Origin: Folioceros fuciformis
Taxonomy: Eukaryota
Assembly: GCA_049999805.1 (NCBI GenBank)
Contig: JBNGIO010006317.1
Location: forward strand, 779,144-843,143
Reading direction: 5' to 3'
DNA length: 64,000 nucleotides
Part shown: piece after piece, positions 48,012 through 62,000 of the stretch
Numbering within the stretch: the first letter of the stretch is position 1
How the letters are laid out: every line of letters begins with the position of its first letter
The notes under the pieces: model-generated
What the model was told of the DNA's origin: nothing
What the model saw: the letters and a program-made list of their open reading frames with translations, nothing else
Databases searched by the model: none
Translations under genes and position numbers: made by a program

Positions 48012-50457
48012 TAGTCAAACCCTCTCTAAATGGGAACCCCCTTTAAATGGGATGCCCAGGCTTACTCCCTTGAATGTGCTACATGCTAAATGGGAAACCC
48101 TCTAATTTGTAAATCGGAACATGTCTCCCAAACATTCAATGCAAGTACACCTCTATAAAAGGGAAAATACATATTTAAAAAAATAAAAAAAATTGAGGAA
48201 ATCATCTTATCAAGATTAAATCATGAGTTATTGAGATTATGTCAAGTTAAAGGCTATCGAGATTATATCATGAAACATAGATAGTCATCGAGATTGGGCC
48301 TATATATGTAGTAGTTTTGTACACTATGCTTTCTGATCAGAAGCATTGTTCCTAGTACATAAGTTGTTTCATTATACAAGTTGTCTTATGGTGTTGTAAG
48401 TTGTTGTCTTGCTGTGAGATATTTTGTTTGTGTTCCTTACCCATTCTCTTTGACTTCTAGAAATAATGCCGCCCAAGCTGCTATGCAAGCATGCTACCCT
48501 AACAAAGCAACAAAAGAAAGAGGTTTGCGAATATTATGTCCAACACTCTTGCATACTTAAGGAGTTGACTAGATGGACAATAGAGAAGTTTTCAATAGCA
48601 GCTTTTAAAAGTGCATTGTCTATGATTGTGAATGACAAAGACAAATGGTTGGACCCTACCATTGGTCCAACAACTAATATGGCAGGAATGAGGGATAGAC
48701 CAGTCGTATGCCCACAGGTTGACTACGCAGTACACATTTGGGCTCTTGCAATCCAAGCTCAAGGTGCCACAATTTCAGATGACTTGCTTCGTGAGATGGC
48801 TTCTAAATTCCACGAGAGGATTCCTGTAGATGAGAGACTAAAAATGACATACCATAGAGGTTGGGTTGCTCGCTGGAAGAAAAGGTATAATTTTAAAGCA
48901 GTTGTCAGACATGGAGAGGTAGGGAGTGTTGACAATATAGAAGCAGTGAAGGCAGCTATTAGAGAGTTGCAACTTCAAGTTCTTGATTATGGAGCTGCAA
49001 ATGTTTTTAATATGGATGAGACTGATATTTTCTTCAGAGCACTGCCGAACAGGACACTTGCAACAATGCCTGTTGCAGGACGGAAGCAGTTTGAGGACCG
49101 GTTGACAATTGGATTGACAACAAATGTTGATGGATCTTGCAAGTTGCTACCTTTTGTGATTAACAGATTACTTAGGCCTCGTGCTTTTTTCCTTTATGAA
49201 TGTTCAAAATCCCGAGAATTTGAATATTATGTGGTCTGCAAACCAAAAGGCATGATGACAATAGAGCTGTTTGAGAAGTTTTTTACTAGATTTTGACCAA
49301 AGGATGGTTGCATTAGGGCGGACTAGAGTGTTACTTATAGTGGATAATTGTCCTGGGCATCGATTTGGTGATGAAGCTCAATTGCAAGTTACAAAGGTGG
49401 TTTTCTTTCCACCCAATGTGACAAGCGTATATCAGCCTTTGGACTAGGGGATCATCCGTTCTTTCAAGGCTCAGTATCGCAAGTTGATGATTTCGTACCA
49501 ATGCAAGCAGATCATAGACAATGTGGCTACAACTATCGATGTATATCAAGCATTGGTTATGCTAGTAAAAGGTTGGACTTCATTTGTGAGTCCTTATACC
49601 ACACACAATTGTTGGGAGGCATAGCACTTTAGATGCGAAATTGCGTGCACAAGATGCTCGGTTCCGTGAATCTTTGGATCTAAAAAGCGTACCATATGAT
49701 CCAGAGGATCCATTGTCGGATCCTCAAAATCACTCTAATTCGTTGGAAACACAGGTAGAAGAGCTACAATAGTCCGTGCGAAGCTTAGCATTATTAACAT
49801 CTGAGGATATAACAGGAATTGCTGATGTTGGATATCCAATGATGACAATTGAAGAGTATCTGAACTTTGAGGAGGATGAAGGATTGGAGACTACATATAT
49901 TCCTACAGAGAACGAAATATGGCAAGCGTTAATCCCTCCGCCTGTTAATGAGGAGGGTGGGGAGAATGATATAGCGTCAATGGAGACCATAGCGCCAACA
50001 CCGCGTACGACAAAGGATGCTGTAGATAATGCTATGAGGATAGCGAAGATGTTTTTGGAAGAGATGCTACATAATACTCTTGATGCTTTAAAGTTGTTTT
50101 CTCAGTTGGAAAACATATTGCTAGTAATTGGATGAAAGCAATTCAACATCAATCCTTTGATTGATGATTATTTTAACCCGGCAAACTAGAATTAGGTTGG
50201 CAGCTATGTAGTATGAGAAAGCATTTTGGATTTTTTGGAAGATTTTCAGCTCATTCGAATTTTTGATTTAAAGGGTTTTTTTTAAATTTATTATTTTCCA
50301 AAAAGAAGATGAAAATGCCTAAGCGAGAACCCCTCTTTTCTACTTTAGATGCTCTTAATGCTCTTAAATTCTCTTAATTTCATCTTCTCTTCTTTTCTCT
50401 TTTTTAGAAATGTAATTTTTCTACTCCCAATTGTTCCCAATTAGAGGAATCTGACTG
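48012..50457 (+). mobile_element. pogo/Tigger-like (Tc1/mariner) DNA transposon with disrupted CENP-B HTH + DDE transposase
   Basis: TA|TAGTCAAACCCTCTCTAAATGGGAAC at the left end and GTTCCCAATTAGAGGAATCTGACTG|TA at the right. ORF at 48466 has GWVARWKKRY, RHGE, VFNMDET, followed by stop-interrupted LLIVDNC and PPNVTSVYQPLD. Confidence 0.9.
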
Positions 50458-51378
50458 TACTTGAAATGTGGATGCTTGGTGTGTAATTGCAATCTCATTA
50501 TACAAAACTGCAGTGCAATCCCAATATGCAAAAGATTCTCTTTCATTACCGAAAAAAACCCAATCAAGGAAAATTGAAGATGAGGACACCCAGGTTACCG
50601 AGTTGCACAAAAAAGGTCTTTCTGAACAGAAACAGAACGGTTGTCGTCTTCGTCATGGCGGCCGAGCTATCCGTCCTTAGTCAGCGCCTGCGGCGTTGCA
50701 CTTGTCTGCGTAGTAGTGCCAAGGATACCATAACTTTTAGCTGCATGCACCTGAAAAAGCCACACAAATAACATGCAACTTGGATCGCTCGCGACAACAT
50801 GACTTCCTCACAGCCATAGGCATTTACAGCACTATCGTGATATGCACGTCAGGAGAATTAGGGTTGCCTGCAGCCGGGTCTCAATGCACCTGGGAGGAGG
50901 CAGATGGGCATTTTGGTTGCTGACAAATGAATTCTTGATTGGATGACTCGTCCATTTCAGATTCTGCAGCCTGATCTGCCACTCACTCCATATTCTCGTC
51001 AAAATCGCTCTTGATCCTTGAAGTGAAGTCATCTGCGAAAGAAGGTTCTGTCCAGCGTTGTGGTCCCGGTGAGGGAGAAGAGCCTCGGAGTGGAAGCGCG
51101 TGTTGGCGTCCATGGCTGACGCCTAAAGTTAGGAACCGACAGAATAGCCAGGAGAGCCTTGCGCCTCGTCTTGCAACTTGCGTAAACTCCTCTCAGGTGC
51201 TGAGGTGAAGTAAAGCTGAAATTAGCCGCAGCTGCCCGCCGCCCTATTTCAGTTCCGCGCCATAACGTTTTTGGCGGGGATGGTTAAGGTAGCTGCGAGC
51301 CACTGAAACCGTCTGCGATTTGGACAGTGAAGGCAAGGGAGGAAGAATAGGCTTCTGTAGGATTGGTGTGAAGGAGCC

Positions 51379-51945
51379 ATGAGTTCTGTCCAAGGAATAG
51401 TTGGTAGCGGTTCGGCCAAGACACCCGCGGATTTTCTCAAATCCATCCGTGGACGGCCGGTGGTTGTGAAGCTCAACTCCGGAGTCGACTATCGAGGTAC
51501 ATGCTTTACCTGATCCTTCCAGCAGACTTCCCACTGCATGCCCTGACGGAAGAAGGCAATTTCAACATCGCGATGGCCGTTTGGCAGGAATTCTCGCCTG
51601 CCTTGATGGCTACATGAACATTGCGATGGAGCAGACGGAGGAGTACGTGAACGGTCAGCTCAAGAACAAGTACGGGGATGCCTTCATCCGAGGCAACAAC
51701 GGTGAGCTTCTGCTTTCGGTTAGATGTCTAGGGTTCTGAGGGAGCAGCAGGAGCCGTGCTCACGTATTCTCTGATATTGTTCAGGCATGTGGCTGTTTCC
51801 TGTGGCTGTTCAGGCATGTGGCTGTGTTGTGCGTGGCCTTGATGCGTACTGATGCTTGTCTTGAGAGCCATTTGTACTGACTATCTCCCCATTTCCTCTT
51901 GCAGTCCTGTACATCAGCACATCAAAACGGACGATGCAGGACTAG
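51379..51945 (+). CDS. LSM6: Sm-like protein LSM6, 3 exons
   Basis: KTPADFLKSIRGRPVVVKLNSGVDYR|GILACLDGYMNIAMEQTEEYVNGQLKNKYGDAFIRGNN|VLYIS. Confidence 0.96.
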
Positions 51946-52496
51946 GAGTGTCTGCCTTTTCTGCACTTCACGGCTGCTCACTGATGTGAAGTGACCACAA
52001 CTCTCATATTTGGTGGGAACAGCAGATTTGTTTGAGGAACTCAGTTTTGAATTAGGAAACAATTAGGCGGCCGCAATTGCAGAGTATGTATGGGCGTGAA
52101 TTTGTGATAGTATGAGACCGACACGTGGATGCTGGGTTTGGAGTCCATATGCACTGATTGTGTAAGTGCAAGCTTTGATATCCTCATCAATGCTTTCCTC
52201 TGACGCTGGGACCTAAACTTCTCTCTTTGTAATAGAGAAACGTATAACAGAAATGTACGTTATTGCTCCTGAAAACAGTCGAGCTCTCTTTTTTTTCATT
52301 GATTTTGGTCAAACACCGAGCTTCACCAAAAAGCAAGTATCTACACAGAATGTTGCTCCAAAGCTCAACACCTGTACATCATAGGCTATCCTACCAGGCC
52401 ACGCCTCCTGCAAATTCCTTGAGACATTTCCCAGCTCCCCAATCTACTCTGCCAAACAGAAGTGAAAAACATGTGTGATGACCTACAAACTCGTCT

Positions 52497-53261
52497 TCAG
52501 AAAAGTATGTCTCCAAGCAAGAGACCACCAAGGATGCCGGTGGCAATGGCCCAGAAATTGTCCCTGTTGTGCGGCATCCTCTGTGGTTGCACAGGTACTG
52601 GATACTGGTAAGCTCCAGGAGCAGCAGCATAGTAGGGCTTCGCCTCGCCAAAAGGTCCGGGAGGGAAGGCGTAGACAGGAGCCTGACCCGAAGCCGAAGC
52701 GCCATAAGGAGCAGGGTATGGTCCCGTCGGATACCCCACGACGGGAATACCGTCAGCTGGCGCATCACCTTCTTTAGCTTGTGGCACAGATGTTGACGGA
52801 CTGGGATCATCCGGCCTGGGAAACTTGACTCCCTGAAGCCTGACCGAAAACCTGATGACGCCTTTCATCCTCCCGGAAGGCCGCTGCAGACCAAGCTCGA
52901 TGATGTTGTCGTTCTGATTCCAGCTGGACGCCTGACTCATCCTCAGAACTTCGAAAAGAGGGAAATAGGCAGTGCCGACGATGGAGTCGGAGAGGAGATC
53001 CTTGCTGCGCACCTGCAGGACAAGATACGCGTAGGGATCGTAGAGCACGGAGTCGTGCACAGGCAGCGAGATGCGGTCGTTCCACACAGGATTCGTCCCC
53101 GCCTTCTTCAGCACCCGAGTGCATCGGTTTGACGTCGCATCAACCCGAGCCACAACGTAGGTGCTCATCTTGCGCAAGAAGCTCACATCTTTCAGATCCT
53201 CCGCAGCCATGACAGACAACTCGATTGTAGCCGGCTGCAAGCCTCTGCTCGGAGCCGCCAT
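52497..53261 (-). CDS. SRC2-like C2-domain protein with Pro/Tyr-rich region and hydrophobic C-terminus
   Basis: IELSVMAAEDLKDV..MSTYVV..GTNPVWND..VGTAYFPL..RPSGRMKGVI; tail GILGGLLLGDILF. Confidence 0.88.
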   Translation of the reverse strand: MAAPSRGLQPATIELSVMAAEDLKDVSFLRKMSTYVVARVDATSNRCTRVLKKAGTNPVWNDRISLPVHDSVLYDPYAYLVLQVRSKDLLSDSIVGTAYFPLFEVLRMSQASSWNQNDNIIELGLQRPSGRMKGVIRFSVRLQGVKFPRPDDPSPSTSVPQAKEGDAPADGIPVVGYPTGPYPAPYGASASGQAPVYAFPPGPFGEAKPYYAAAPGAYQYPVPVQPQRMPHNRDNFWAIATGILGGLLLGDILF

Positions 53262-53601
53262 CTCGGGTCGCGCTGGCGCTCAGAGGGATAGGAACCACCA
53301 CGGAAACTGAGGGCCACAGAGCACTCCTCAACCTGATGCCAAGCCGCCGAAATGCAACCAAAGCCAAGCACAGGACCAAGCAGATCGTCTCCCCACGAAA
53401 GAATGCTGCAACCTGACGTAAGTTATGTTCCTTGGCCACGCAGGCGTCCGCGTACCTGGAACCAGCTTCTCTGCTCCGGGCGCACCACAGGACACAGGAA
53501 AGACAGCAAAGCGGGTAATTAGTAGTGACCAAAATAAACAATGCACCAGATGTAAAATTTTTGCACGACAAATTACAATTCACAACTTCATCTCTCTACA
53601 C

Positions 53602-53656
<55 letters not shown>

Positions 53657-53657
53657 T
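53602..53657. repeat. (TTTA)n microsatellite, likely the LINE 3' tail
   Basis: About 14 TTTA units, ~140 bp beyond the LINE ORF stop. Confidence 0.9.
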
Positions 53658-56600
53658 CATTAGGGGTATGCAGCCGTGAAGCTATGACACCGGAACGTGA
53701 ATCAAAAACATGATTTAATGGACACTTGGGAAAGCGCAAAAGAAAGAGGATTAGAGCAAACAAAATAACAAATCTAGATAGCTATGTCAATAAACCTAAG
53801 TTAAGTAATCACCAATCGCCTTGAAGTAAGAGAGAAGTTTTTCCCTACGTTTGGGAACACTAAGAAGTTGGCGGATATCGTAGTAAGAGCCTTGAAACAT
53901 CTGGATGCAAGTGTTGCGAGTGGCCATACACTGGCCAAGGATGTGGTGACGAGTTTCTTTTGAAGACCTGCATTTCCGACAAAATGGATCCTCTGCAATG
54001 TTGAATCTCCTAAAGTAAGCCCCAATAGCCATATGCCCAGTCCGAAGCTGGGTGAGAAATGATGAGAGATTACGGTCATGGAGACCAAGGCATTGTAGCA
54101 CCGAGGCCGAAGGGCCACCAAGCACCACCCCTCTTAAGCGCAGAAGCCTTAGTTGAGAAAACCCACCGTAAACACCACTCCTGTAGACTTGCAGCATGAA
54201 TTTGCTGGCAAGCTTTGGATACTGATAGGATCCGGTCTTCGCGGGAAATAGAAAGAAGAGTGGCAGCCTTGGCGGTTACATCTGCATGCTCATTACCAAC
54301 TATATTATGATGGCCCGGAATCCAGTGGAGATTGAGGGAAACCTCCGGATGAGCTACTCAGAAGGCATGGAGAGATGTCCTAGCTTGGAAAGATAAGGCT
54401 TGGGTTGGGCGAGCCGAAGTGTCCGTTAAAGACATGATAGCTACTTGATTATCAAGGAAAATTGTAATTGACGAAATCCTGGGGATGGAAGCAAAGAGGG
54501 TGGGCAAGCATGAAATTGCTTTGACCACAGAGAGAAGCTCTGCCTCATAAACCCCGTAGTATGTTTCTAAACCAAAACATAATTGATGGACAATATCCCC
54601 ATTGAAGTAGAAAACAACCGCGCCCTCAGCATGACCATCCAGAAGAGAACCATCAGTGTAAATGGCAAGGGCATTAGGAGTCAAAAGATGTAGGGAATGT
54701 GAGGCAATAGCAGAAGTGGGAGATTGTAAAATTACGATGGTTGTGGGTAAAGAAAGAGGAGAGGCCCAGGGAGGCACGAGTCGAGGAAAAATAGTCTCAA
54801 TGGCAGTGGAGGTGGGCAGTCCTAAAGCGGAGTACAGAGTACTAGGGAAAAGGAGTGTGAGGCGACTGCAGATAGCATTGTGGTAGCTTTTTTTGTAGTT
54901 AGTCGTAGGAAGAAAGACTTGATGGATGGGGTGAGAGGGAGGGTAGGAAACGTTGCGGAGGAGAGAACGGAGAGAATGGCGTTGGAGGCGCAACTCCGTG
55001 GGCAGAAGAAAAGCTTCAAATTCCAGGGCATTAGTGGAGGTAGTTCGAAACGCACCAGTAATGGCCCTACAGGCTAGACGTTGGACCCGTTGGAGGTGTT
55101 GAATGTGTGTACGACCTCCGTTGAACCAGACATTGCAGCCGTAATCGAGCTTGGGCAGGACTTCACTGATGTATAATTGTTGAAAAAGCTTGGCATTGAG
55201 GCCCCAAACTGAATTCCCAAGAGAGATTATAGCTGACAAAGTACGCATTGCGGAAGCCAAAACCTGATGAACATGCGTGTTCCAAGTTAACAACTATCGG
55301 GTAACGAAAGAGTACATTCCTTTGTTGATTCCTTATGCTTCAGGGAAAAATGAATAAGTTCAAACTTGCTAGAATCGAACTCCACGAGGTGCGTGGAGGC
55401 CTCCGATGCCACACGAAGCATAGCCTGAAGTTTTTTTTTGTAGACTTTTTGCATGAAGGAGCAATGATATATGCCCCCGTGTCATCAATCTAGCCAGTGC
55501 CACCACCCATGGTTTGAAGTTGAGTGATGAGATCAGAAGTGAAGAATGGGAAAAGAATAGGCGAGATTGGCGAACCCTTGGGTAACCTAGAGCTGATGGG
55601 AGCAAGAGTGTCATGTTGACCATCTAGGCAAAGTGACGTTGCCCGCTGAGATAGAAAGTGGAAGACCCCATGGATCAGCGGAGTTGGAAGGCCTTTCCTG
55701 CACAGGACAGATAAGAGAATCTGATGGTTAACTGAGTCATATGCACCTTTGATATCCATGAGGAGCAGGGAGAGAACATGTCGTTGACCCCAAGCCCTAC
55801 GGATATCCTGAACAAGGAGAGCTGCTGCATCGCTTGTACTCCGACCCGGTCAACCCCTCAAATGACCGGAGGGAAGGAGACCATGATTGTTCTCAACTAA
55901 GAAGAAGAGACGTGAAGCCATAAAACCCTCCAGGGCCTTGCCTAAGCAATTATGAAGAGCAATAGGGCGATATGAGCGGGGTAACGAATAATTAGCCCGA
56001 TTGAGTTTGTGGAGAATGATGGTGAGCGAGTGACGCCACGTCAAAGGACGATAACCCAAAGTGGAGCAGGCCTGGAAGATAAGGATGATAACCCAAAGTG
56101 GAGCAGGCCTGGAAGATATATAAGTAAAATTGTTTGAGGAGGTCCCAACCCCTGTGAAGAAACCTACAGCAATAGTGTCCGGGCCTGTCGCTGTCTAGGC
56201 CTTCGCACCAAAGAGCAAAAAGAGCCTGCTGCACCTCGTGCAAAGCAGGGGTGGGCCATGGGAAATAGGAAGTAGCGGACAGGGGAAGAGGAGGGGTGTT
56301 TGAAGAAGAGGGGATCAAAGCAGAACGGAGGACTAAGCATGAGAGTAAGCAAGTGACCCGTCTCCAGAGAGTAAAGGAGGAGAGAAAGACGAGGAAACGG
56401 GTTTAGTGGAGCGATAAATCTTCCAAATATCCGAGTCGCTAGCCTCCATCAGAAATTTCTTCCAATGGTCCAACTTTCACACTCCGAAAGTACTCATTTC
56501 TAACAGACCGAAAAGCTACTATATCCCCTGGAGTATTAGTAATGCGCATGACCCGACGAGCCCAAGCAAGCCCCTTGCGAAGAGACGAGAGGGTAGGAGA

Positions 56601-57216
56601 CCACCAAGGTTTAGCATGGAGGTGAGGGCGTACTACAGGGGTAGATGCGGAGATAGCCTTCTGTAGAGATATTGTGACTTGAGCCACAAGATGATCAATT
56701 TGAGCAATAGTCCCACCAAGTTAGTCGAAACCTCAGAAGCTAAAGTGGAAGAAAATTTGTCCCAGTCAGTAGCTTTGACATTAAGGTGGGAAGGAAGAGG
56801 AGGCGGAGGAGGGGAATTTGAACAGGAAGGAATAGTAAGGAACAAACCAATAGCTTGGTGGTCAGACCCCGCATCTAGATCGGGGAGAATATCACAGAAA
56901 TCAACCAAGTCGCGAACATCCGTAGAAGAAAGCGTGAGATTCAAAGTGAAAGTGTTATTTGTAGAAGACACGAAGGTGGGGCAATCCAAGGGGGTGAGAA
57001 GAAAGAGAGGAGTAGTATTAATGAAGAGGGCAAACTCATCGGCCAACAAGAAAATCACTTCATTAGATGCAGTAGATTTCCACAAGGAGTGATGAAGATT
57101 GAAATCTCCGAGAGTAAAACAGCATTGAGAGAGGAAGTGGGCATGTGGAGTGAGAATGCGGATGGTGCTATCGGACCCAGGCGGATTGTAAAGGTTAACA
57201 AAGTTAATGACTTGGC
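53602..57216 (-). mobile_element. Non-LTR retrotransposon (LINE) with APE, RT, RNase H and C-terminal Cys/His knuckle; decayed, 5'-truncated
   Basis: GDFNLHH, GSDHQAI, AKPWWS, SYRPIALHNCLGKALE, DIKGAYDSV, GSPISPILF, IYTDGS, VYEAEL, WIPGH..GNEHAD, QLRTGH..CRKC..ETRHHILGQC; (TAAA)n tail at 53602-53657. Confidence 0.9.
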
Positions 57217-57597
57217 CTAGACAAGAGACATGGACACATTGGATATCAGGATGGTTAAAAAGATTCCAGCGGGGAGAAATACTACTAGAGCAAAGGCTTT
57301 TGTTAACGTAGGTGAGTCTCTACATCTATCCTCAAAGTTAAGTAGCTTTTCAACCAAACCACTTGAATTATTGAAGTTATGTTTCAGATAATACCTTCTG
57401 CTCATCTTTTTTAATTATCTTAATATTTTTGCATTTTATTAATCTCAACTAAGAAGACAGCTTATCATAGTTAACTTATAAAATAGTTTCAATAAATTAG
57501 TCTGAAAATTGTCACTACCATGTCTCTTGAGGAAGAATGTTGTTAGAAGGAAATGAATAGTGTTAGAAGCCAGGTTGCAAAGAAGTTAGAGGGGACT

Positions 57598-57752
57598 CTT
57601 GAAGAGCAGCTATGGAAGAGAAGCTATGGAAGGGGATGCTTGAAGAGGAGCTATGGAAGGAGGTGTTGAAGAGCCTCTATGGAAGGAGATGCTTGAATAG
57701 CAGCTATGGAAGGAGATGCTTGAAGAGCAGGTATGGAAGGAGATGCTGAGGA
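57598..57752. repeat. Degenerate ~27-bp tandem repeat
   Basis: Unit GCTTGAAGAGCAGCTATGGAAGGAGAT, about 5 copies. Confidence 0.8.
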
Positions 57753-59052
57753 GCACTAGACTTGGATGGTGAACATGTGAGACATTTCAAATGTAACAAT
57801 TGACAAATGTTGCAATAATCTGCCCATCATTGCAGTTGGAAGATGCCAAGTTGGGCAATAATTTAGTCATGCATGCAATCCACAGATGATAGATGAAATG
57901 CTACTTGTAGGCGCTTGATTGCTCCATGCATGAAAAGGTATGTCCAGAGTTCAGAGCTCAGCCACGGCTTTGGAGCTCCCACACACACACACAACTGACA
58001 AGGAGACTGTGCGTGTATGCTGGCTTACATTTTGCTGGAAAAGTATAGAAATGCTACTTTACACGTAGCCTCAGAAGTGATTGACAGATGTTGATAAGAA
58101 CATTGGGGTTCGTACCACAACGCGGATGCATAATGTAATTGTTCCACGAATGCTAACAACACATCAGAGTTCCTACTCGATGGGGGTCTTGAATACACTC
58201 TGAACCGAATAAGATTGCTCCACATGCCTGCCCATGTCTTGGGCAGAATAATGGGAGGCCTCGACAAAGCACGTGTTGGATGTGGCCAGGTCTAGGCTTG
58301 GATCGAGGCTCGAGTGGAGGGAGCCTAGTCTCCCAGTCTGCCGTCTGTGTGCTTATGGAATGCTTGAAAGCCATGCAGAAGGCTGGCGGCAGTCCTAGAT
58401 GTGGCTTGCATGCTCTTCTCGGCACCAGTGTTCGATTTGTTTAAGGCAGTGGCCAAGCCGACGTATAGGCCACAATCGCAGCGGAGGGTGCGAAAAGTCC
58501 GAGCCAAGGTGTATCTGTAGATCTTGTTTGGGACGTGCATCCGTTACAATCCCTCGCATGTTTTGCCGCGGGAGGGAGAGCTCGGAGGCGACGTAGATCA
58601 GAGACCTTTGGTACGCTGCCATCCGCGTTGTGCTGAGAGCCGAGTTCATTTGTTGATCCAGGGTTGGTCACGCAATTTAGCTTCATCCGACATGAGAATC
58701 TCGCTGCGGTGCGGTTGACAGCTGCAGGGGTCGTGGCTAATTTTGTATGTGGTAGAAGTGTTTGAATTCGGGGCCACGCACTGGTCAGTGAGTGAAGTCT
58801 GTGGAACGAAAAAGTATATATATTATTGTCAGGCGTAGGAAACAATGGGTAAGAACTAAGCCGGTTGATGCAACTCCTCGTAGGAAAGGAAAGCCGCACG
58901 AAGAGTTGTGATCTCGGTTGGTTTTGTCACATGATTTAGCTTCAGCTGACACGGGAATCTCGTTGTTGGTGCTGGTGAGCGTAACAGGGACGGCGCCTAA
59001 CTATATATCATGGTACTAAGGAGGGGATGATACGACGATTATCTGTAGCACG

Positions 59053-62000
59053 ATGGCGCCTGGTGGTGTCCGATACTATGCCTCGCTTCTGCAGCTTCAT
59101 ATCCATATTCTGGACTCCTGTAAGCGCAGGCTGGTGAGTTCAAGTGTGACTGGGCCAGCTGTGACTGCTGCACCTCTGTGTGCACAGAATGGGACGGAAA
59201 GTGCATCAGCTGGATTCCGGCAACTCCTTTCAGGCAGTCTTTTGGCAATTGCTAGCGTTGCGTATGCCTCGAATCGGGAATCAGTCTTGTTGGAAAGCCA
59301 AACGACATCCAGGTGCGGTGCTCTTGCTGGGGGGAATTTCGGGCTTGTTGGGAAGTGGAGAGATTGATTGTTTCACGATTTGGGTGCTCACAGGCTGGAG
59401 ATGGCGGACCGTAAGACAATTCCAAAGCGTCTTCTTTATGAGCTCCACAAGATTTGCGGGGTACTGTACCTAGATACTGAGGCTGTTGGTGGATTCGTTC
59501 AGCTTGGCCTTTGTTCGGATTGGTTTGGTTATTGTGGCCTTGCTGCTGCGCAGGAGGAGAGGGTGGTTCTGGACCATGAGACCAGGTACAATCACGGGAA
59601 GCCGTGGAACACGTACCATGTTATTGAAAGAATACCAGACGCAGTTGTATATCCCAGGTATGTGGGTTGATATGTCGGGAGTGGCTGCATACCATAGTTT
59701 GCATCTGACGGATCAGGTTCTGAGGCACTGCCTCCTTCACTTTTGATTGGCTGCAGGACAGAGGAGGAAGTCGTTGGTATCGTGAAAGCTTGCGCGAAGT
59801 ATAAGGTACGTGACCGTGTTCCTTGCTTCTTGCTTTCGCGTGTGTTGCAGCCCACTGTTCGAACACGAGATGCTGACTGTTGTTGCCGTATGTAGGTTCC
59901 TATCACGGCATATGGAGGAGCTACCTCGCTAGAGGGCCACACAATGACACCGGATGGCGGAGTTAGCATAAACATGACTGAGATGAAGGTTGATAAAAGA
60001 TCAAGTCCCAGGCGCATGTCATTTCGGGTTGGACGAAAATTCAGGAGTTGACTATGCCCTTGGCTGTGCTAGGCAGAAAATTAAACAGCTGCATATTGAG
60101 GACATGGATGTCGTAGTTGAACCAGGAATTGGATGGATAGAGCTGAATGAGTATTTGAAACCGTATGGTCTCTTTTTCCCTCTTGACCCTGGTAAGCTCT
60201 TTAGTGATGGAGGTGGTGCTCTTCCCTGATGCCGTAGCTCGTTTCCTTGTTTCAATTCACCATAAATGATGCCCTCTTCACGGTCTTTCTACTCGATGTT
60301 GTCTGCTGCTTTCAGGTCCAGGTGCAACTATTGGAGGAATGTGTGCTACTCGGTGTTCCGGGTCCTTGGCAGTGCGGTGAGCATCTGTAGAATGCGAAGG
60401 TTTCCCCGTCGTATCAAGACGCTGACTTGAATTTGATCACTGACATTGCAGATATGGGACAATGCGTGACAATGTGATCTCCTTGAAGGTTTGCTTTTTC
60501 TCCCTTATCTAGCCTTTCATCATCCGAAAAAACCTGTGAAAATAACAGACGAAGGTGGGGCTTGGCAGGCAGTCTTGTCGAACGGCGATGTTGTCAAAAC
60601 AGCCGCTCGTGCTCGGAAAAGTGCGGCTGGGTATGTATATTTGCATGAAATGACAGTTACGAAGATATTAACAAACTTTTCGTCAAACCGCTAGCTGCTG
60701 TGGCTCTTACGTGATCGTGGCCTTGTCAGATATGACCTGACAAGGTTGTTTATTGGAAGTGAAGGCACACTGGGTGTCATTACAGAAGTTACGTTGCGCT
60801 TGCAGAAGATTCCTGAGTCGTCTGTGGTAGGTTGCTGCTTGAGGATCCTTGAGTTTGTGTTAGCAATAGACTGAAGACTTCTCAACAACTTGTGTTTGTA
60901 CGATCCTAGGTGGCGATATGTAGTTTCCCTTCGGTGCGAGATGCTGCTGACGTTGCTATAGCCACAATGCATTCAGGCATTCAGGTATGTACTACTCTGT
61001 TGATAGAAATGTGACACCATGCGTTCCTTTAACCTTTTGCAATCCTTTGTTTAGCTCCGAATGTCCATTTCCCTGAGCCCTGTTTGTAAATTCAGTGCAG
61101 GTGTCAAGGGTGGAGCTTCTAGATGAAGTGATGATGAAGGGCATTAATTTAGCAAATGACAAAACATATCCTGAGGCACCCACCCTTCTATTTGAATTTA
61201 TTGGGACAGGTAAAAGTGTAAAGCTTCGCAATCCGTGTGTCAAACGTTTTGTGATTTAGAAGTACTGACGTCTAATCTGTCCGTCTAACCAACCTCCCAT
61301 GTACTCCTTACGGGTATAGAAGCATATGCTTTGGAACAAACCAACCGTGTAAAGAAAATTGTCGAAGAACATTCTGGATCTGACTTCCAGTATGCTGACA
61401 CAGCTGAGGAAAAGGTTAGGCTGTGGAAGGTGAGCACGGAAGTCCCTAAGACATTTTTTTATGTCTCTTCGTTTCTCGTAGGGTGAGCACTTTTCTAGCA
61501 TCTTTATCGTTGATATTTTGAGCCCTTGAAGCTTAGGTTCATGTGTGCAGATGAGAAAAGAAGCCTTCTGGGCATGCTCAACTCTTAGACCTGGCGCTGA
61601 GATTATGGTTACGGTACGAACAGCTCGTACGGTTTCGAGTCTGCTTATCTCTGTAGCGGATGCTTGTTATAAGGTCAACATGGAATTTTTGGATATCACC
61701 TTAACGTGCTTCTTGCAGGACGTCTGTGTCCCTCTGTCAAGGCTTGCAGAATGTATAGCCGAAGCTAAAGAGCAGCTAGATGCGTCTCCACTGATCTGGT
61801 AGCTGTATACCCTGCATGATATGTCTTTGTTCTCAAAGTATCGGTCGCTGAAGTGGTACTAATATGCATCCACCCCAGCCCCATCATATCTCATGCAGGA
61901 GACGGGAACTTTCATGTTGCCATTCTTTTCGACCCTGCAAGCAGAGAGGAAGTTGAGGAGGCAGAAAGGCTGGCAAACAGCATGGTGCGAACAGCCCTTT

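Noticed and set aside
50832-51113. Small minus-strand ORF upstream of LSM6 (also ORFs at 49-315 and 58395-58649)
   Set aside because: No recognisable family or convincing splice structure; cannot be supported from sequence alone.
56050-56118. 37-bp tandem duplication inside the LINE RT region
   Set aside because: Ordinary post-insertion decay causing a frameshift.
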